Shown piece by piece: positions 59,321 through 64,000 of a DNA stretch of 64,000 nucleotides. Source of the stretch: Eukaryota sp. TZLM1-RC (lineage: Eukaryota; Protista; Metamonada: BaSk clade); assembly GCA_040285825.1 (NCBI GenBank), contig JAUPSS010000004.1, positions 310,001 through 374,000 of the forward strand. Direction: 5' to 3'. The translations under genes and the position numbers were made by a program. Numbering within the stretch: position 1 is the first letter of the stretch; every line of letters begins with the position of its first letter. Below the pieces are notes generated by a model. The model did not search any database. It was given only the letters and a program-made list of their open reading frames with translations, and had not been told where the DNA came from.

Positions 59321-60974
59321 TTAATCCCTTACTCCACTTTCATCATAAAAAAACATTGGTTCACCTACTTCCTCTTCCTCATCTACATTGCTTCTCAACG
59401 GGGGAAGTCCAGCAGGCCGCCTATGTGGAGGTGTATCCTTATTAATTGGTGAAAGCGCATTTGGTTCTATTTGACCTGGTAAAACTTCCTTATTCAGCTC
59501 ATCAAAATCTTGACTTGGTTCATCAGGAACCACTTCCTCAGCATTGACAGCAGCTCTTGCAGAGTTCAACCCTTCCTCCAAGTTTGACAACTTAGCATCA
59601 TGAGTGGTTTCCAATTGCTTTAACACTTTACCCCTAAATGAATCTCTGATATAGTAGACACCAGAGGTAATAGTAGCAGGTCTGTTGTCCCAATTGCTCG
59701 GATTGAGAGATAAGCTGAATAAAGAATTTGTAAATATTTCCTTACTGGTTTTGGATTTAATTTGGTGTAGCGTCTGTAACACTGATGAATTTACATCTTT
59801 TTGCTCAGCTGCTAGTGCTAATTGGGATACGTGAGTCTTTGAGATTCTTCTAGACTCAGAATAATGACCTGATAATATGTATGCAGAGAATACTATTAAA
59901 AGAGTCATGTGTAGAGTGAATGATAATGAAATTTTCAGCAAAAATGAAGAAAAGATCACCAGTCCAAATATTTGTAATGATTTGACAACTGAAAATGCCA
60001 AATCAGAGCTCTTCACTGAAAAATTAAAGGTCGTGAATGGTACAATTAATGGCAGCACCAACACAATTATAAACAAAATAGAATTAATTAATTCTTGATT
60101 AAAAATGATTAAATTTTGAACATGATTAAAATCCAGCAGAGGTTCATTTAAAACAAAAGAAACCAAAAAACAAATAGGAGAAGTTAAAAAGAATAATCCA
60201 AAAAATTGACCCAAGACCGTATTATAAATGGAAGGACAGCAGGCAAAAAATTGCAGGTCCTTGATCTGAGAGGCAAAGGCCACGTCCACCAAAGCTGCCT
60301 TGAACTCGGATTGGTTGGTAAAGGTGAATAAAGAAGATGGCTGCGAAGTGTACTGGGTGGTGGAGGTATAGGTATGAGAGTCTCTACCAAAGGAAAGAGC
60401 AAATCTTCTAGTGAGACTGGCTGTGATTGTAAACAAAAGAGTAGAGACGAGTGCCATGAGGGTGGGAATGAGAGGGACTGAGATAGAATGGAAAGAGACA
60501 CCAGAAACAGGGTCGAGGTCTGTTGTGAGGAAAAGAGCGATGGATGAGACAGAAAGGAGTCCAGCTAGGATACGGCCAAAGGATAGAGAGCGGCGAAGAA
60601 TAATCAGAGAAACAAAAGGAGAAAAAAAGAGTTCTGTGGAGAAGAGTAATATGCATAGCTGAAGATCATTGTGATTCATCAGGGACCATGTTGCTAGGAT
60701 TACGGAAGCAGAAAAGAGTAAGGAGGTGACAAGATAACATGGAACAGGAAGAAAGAGGTTGAATGTTTGTTTCCATCGGCTATGATAAGATTAGTGAACC
60801 ACCATACCGGATACACGTGTTGATGAGATAGAAGAATGCAATCAACGAAGGAAGAATGAAGATAAGTCCCAGTAAAGTAAAGGGAGCAGCTATGTTTAAA
60901 GCATCGGTAATCAGGGATACAACGAGAGCCAGAACAAGCGGCGTAGAGACTAGATAGAGTAGTGCAGCAATCAT
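59321..60974 (-). CDS. Multi-pass membrane protein, DMT / nucleotide-sugar-transporter-like (intron 60780-60807)
   Basis: A 28-nt GTATGG..CTTATCATAG intron joins the two ORFs in frame. About 10 hydrophobic segments precede a charged C-terminal tail. Confidence 0.7.
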
Positions 60975-61019
60975 ATGTGTTGCGCGGGTTTATTGTAAAA
61001 TCATTTTGTGAATCAATTG

Positions 61020-61922
61020 AGATAATATATGCAGCTCGGCTGTTTTAAATCATGATCTTCACTCATTGTTATTGGAAAAGGGTGTTTGTGAAAATAAGTC
61101 ATCACATTCTTCACTTTTTGTAACCATTGCACCACGAAGTTTTGGATTGTGTGCCACTAATGAAGCATTTGTGACAAAAATGAGATTATATTTGAATATC
61201 CCCGTTAATCAATCATCATTAAAAGAAAAATGTATTTGCTCGAATTCACCTCAACTCATTTTGCACCATGCTCTGAATTGTTCTAAATTGATAACTTATC
61301 GTTGTTCATTACATGATGCTGTTAGAGACACTGTTTTCAATATGGCACAAACTGCAAGAATATCGTGTATCAAAGAGCCCCTGCTGAAGGAAACACTTTC
61401 TCTGAATAGTTTTGGTTCTGATGATAGAGGTGATGTATACAGTGATTGGATTGATAATTCTGAAGCTATTGTTGACTTTGTCTCATGTAATGTTGCAAAT
61501 GATACTTTGGTTCACAGAAGAAAACTTAATCCTGTGAGTGCTCTTGATTTTAAAGCAAAAGAAAAACATAGAAAATATGATAAAGATATTGAAGAGGCTA
61601 ATGCTGATAGAAATACACAGCTAGTTTTTATTGCTTTCCCATTTTCGATAAATGGAAGATTATCAGATGAAGCAGAAAATTGTTTGAATGACTTCCAAAA
61701 AATGGTTCAAGAAAAAACAATGAAAAGATTTGATATTTTTTTATGGCGTTCTCGAATTCACTTTGCCATTATTAATAGATTACCTCGGTTGTTCAATCGA
61801 ATAAGAGGAGCTTTTGCTAGACAGCAAGCAGATCAAGATTTTGTAGAGGAAATTTTGGTTCAATGATATTCGTCCCATTAGTTATGAGTTCATTCAATTA
61901 AGTGTGCATGTTCAATAAATTT
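61020..61922 (+). mobile_element. Retrotransposon family B, 5'-truncated young copy with an open endonuclease frame
   Basis: Reverse complement of 9995-10895. CIC..HALNC, HDAVRD, DDRGD, K..KY motifs lie in a 266-aa open frame. Confidence 0.92.
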
Positions 61923-61959
61923 ATATGAATTTTCTGCAAGATGAGTCTTTTTTTTACAA

Positions 61960-62460
61960 TTTTTATGGACAATGAACACCTGTCTATGAAATCTTCAATT
62001 TGATATCACCATCTGGTGTTAAACACGGTCATCCATTAGGTCTTTTCTTCTTCCATCTTGCAGATCAACTTCTAATGTGTGAATTAAAACAGCAATACCC
62101 TGAAATTGAAATTCTGACTTATATGGATGACATTTCAATAATTTGTCCTCATTGATTTATTGGGATAAAATTCTAAAACTCAACAGAGTTGTAATCCAAT
62201 TGATCTTTCTTTAAACATTTTTCAATGTTTATTGATTGGTAGAGAGCCTGTTGAGCTTGTTATTGATTACCTAAGTGTTCATTTCATCAATTATTTTGAA
62301 CCAGGATGACGATTTTTAGGTTGTCATTTAGGTTTTGATGATCCCGCAATCAACTTTCATCTCTTGCAGCAAGTTTTGAGTGTGAATTTATCGCACTTCC
62401 AGATTCAGATCTTGAAAAACATATCAAATTTTTCATTCTCAAGTTGTTTAATTTCCGAAA
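61960..62460 (+). mobile_element. Old decayed RT fragment of a further CRE-like family
   Basis: SGVKHGHPLG, LTYMDDISI, RFLGC and LEKHIKFFILK across frames. Confidence 0.75.
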
Positions 62461-62879
62461 TTCCAAATATATAGTGTTTATTGTTAAATGACCACCAATA
62501 AACAACTACCCTAAAATTGAGGTGTTTTTGGGCTTTATTATTGTCACTTAATTTTGATTAATACCTTCGAAAATCAATAGTATTGATTTTTGGTCCTTCA
62601 GAAGAGTAATCCAGAAACTGGTTTTCAAGAAGGACAGTATTCAGAAAAAAAGAAATGAAAAAGCCAGGCTGTATATATTTATGAAGGGGAGCAGGAGTGA
62701 AACTGGAGTTTCAATACTTCAATTGATAAAATCATTCTTGCTGAATTGTTTAAATTCTAGAATTTTTCTAATCATTGATGAAACATTTAAACAAACAAAA
62801 TAATACAAAAAATGTTAATTAAAATCACAAGAGGCCTCCTGGTGGTTTTCAGCAAGTTTAAAAGTTCAAAAAGGAAAAC

Positions 62880-63320
62880 AATCAGGTTGAACTTTGATAA
62901 CTTAGTAATGGTTACACGAAATTATTACATGATCAGAAAATAAATAAATTATTTATAAAGCTGTTCAAATTCCAATAAAAATTTACCATGAGAAAACTGT
63001 TCAATGAAAAACAAACTTTTTCGTTAACCTTAAAACCTAAAATTAAAAATAAACAGTTGTTAAATTAAAACTTACATGTTGTGTGATCAACACCTCATCA
63101 AAAATCCAATAATAAACCAATGATTTTTGTAAGTTTTTAAAAGCTAATGGAAAATAATTCCATTCATTCTAAATCTGTCATTCAAGGTGATTTAAAGCCT
63201 GAAAACACCTGGTTTGTAAATGCACAAAATTGGCTTTATTGGCATTTACCCCCAAATATGCTGCATTGGATGTAGCAAGGTTAATGAATGTATGTAAAAT
63301 GATCCCTCAATAGACCAAAT
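62880..63320 (+). pseudogene. Protein kinase relic
   Basis: VIQGDLKPEN near 63178-63207 and TPKYAA downstream, interrupted by stops and frameshifts. Confidence 0.5.
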
Positions 63321-63479
63321 ATTGACAAAATAATTCAGTAAATCAAATTCATTGAGTGGTGGTAATGAAGAAATACAATTACCAAACAAAATTAATTTAA
63401 ATTAAAATTGAATCCTACAAATAAATAAATACTTCTTAAAAAAATCTCTAAAGTAGATAAATAGTAGTCATTGATAAAT

Positions 63480-64000
63480 GCTTTGATAACAAGTGGTCTA
63501 GGGCTTTGTCTGCTTTAAGTTTGGAGTGAAATCTCCCAACAATCAAGATACTATGGATAAACTAAAAATACTTCATCCATTGGAAGACCCCAAAAATGGA
63601 TCAAAATTTTTACGGAAATTATACGGAAACTCATCCGTTGATGGCATCAGAAGTATTTTCAGTGATAAAAAAGAGACCACGCGGTAAGTCTGCCGGACTT
63701 TCTCGTATCTCTATTGATCATGTAAAAGCGGCAATTATTTCATCAGAGGATTGTCTTGGTTTATTAACCAAATTTTTCAACAAAATATTGACTGGTCAAC
63801 TCAGATACCCAGAAGAATTAAGAAGTTCTCGTTTGACTGCACTTGTCAAAAATTCAAAAATGGATTTTCGTCCTATTGCAGTCTCTGAGAGCTTACAAAA
63901 TATTTTTTCTGCGTGTTGCTTGAGCAGGTTCAATGAGAAAGCAAAAAAGAGTTTATTACCCTTTCAGTATGAAATTAATACCACTGATGGAGTCTCTTCA
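63480..64000 (+). mobile_element. Retrotransposon family B, RT N-terminal part (runs off the right edge)
   Basis: Reverse complement of 53640-53980 and 12000-12285. It carries LHP and RPIAVSE motifs. Confidence 0.9.

Noticed and set aside
1-64000. tRNA, rRNA, snRNA or spliced-leader genes
   Set aside because: None recognised by eye. A covariance-model scan would be needed to exclude them.

Overview
This is AT-rich, gene-dense eukaryotic DNA from a flagellated protist. Tiny 28-40 nt spliceosomal introns with a branch point fused to the acceptor suggest a free-living metamonad (inference). Housekeeping genes include BRR2 (5' part), RPB11, OSTC, DNAAF10/WDR92, transaldolase and a DMT-type transporter. 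They are interleaved with many decayed CRE-like/RLE non-LTR retrotransposons from several families and two pogo/Tigger derivatives. The main candidate for a new system is an intact, intronless 1765-aa ORF (41305-46602) with the order SAM - Nudix - PARP-like mono-ADP-ribosyltransferase - DEAH helicase - KH - nucleotidyltransferase, plausibly an all-in-one RNA-surveillance or antiviral enzyme. The window also holds a decayed but reconstructable Fanzor (eukaryotic TnpB) gene with a candidate omega-RNA hairpin, plus one or two further Fanzor relics. Other notable items are an inverted gene-sized duplication of a RING-pseudokinase-SEL1 gene with an 11-nt micro-exon, an intron-bearing bacterial-type NlpC/P60 peptidoglycan hydrolase and a receptor cyclase with a degenerate active site. 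All calls rest on manual motif recognition; no searches were run.
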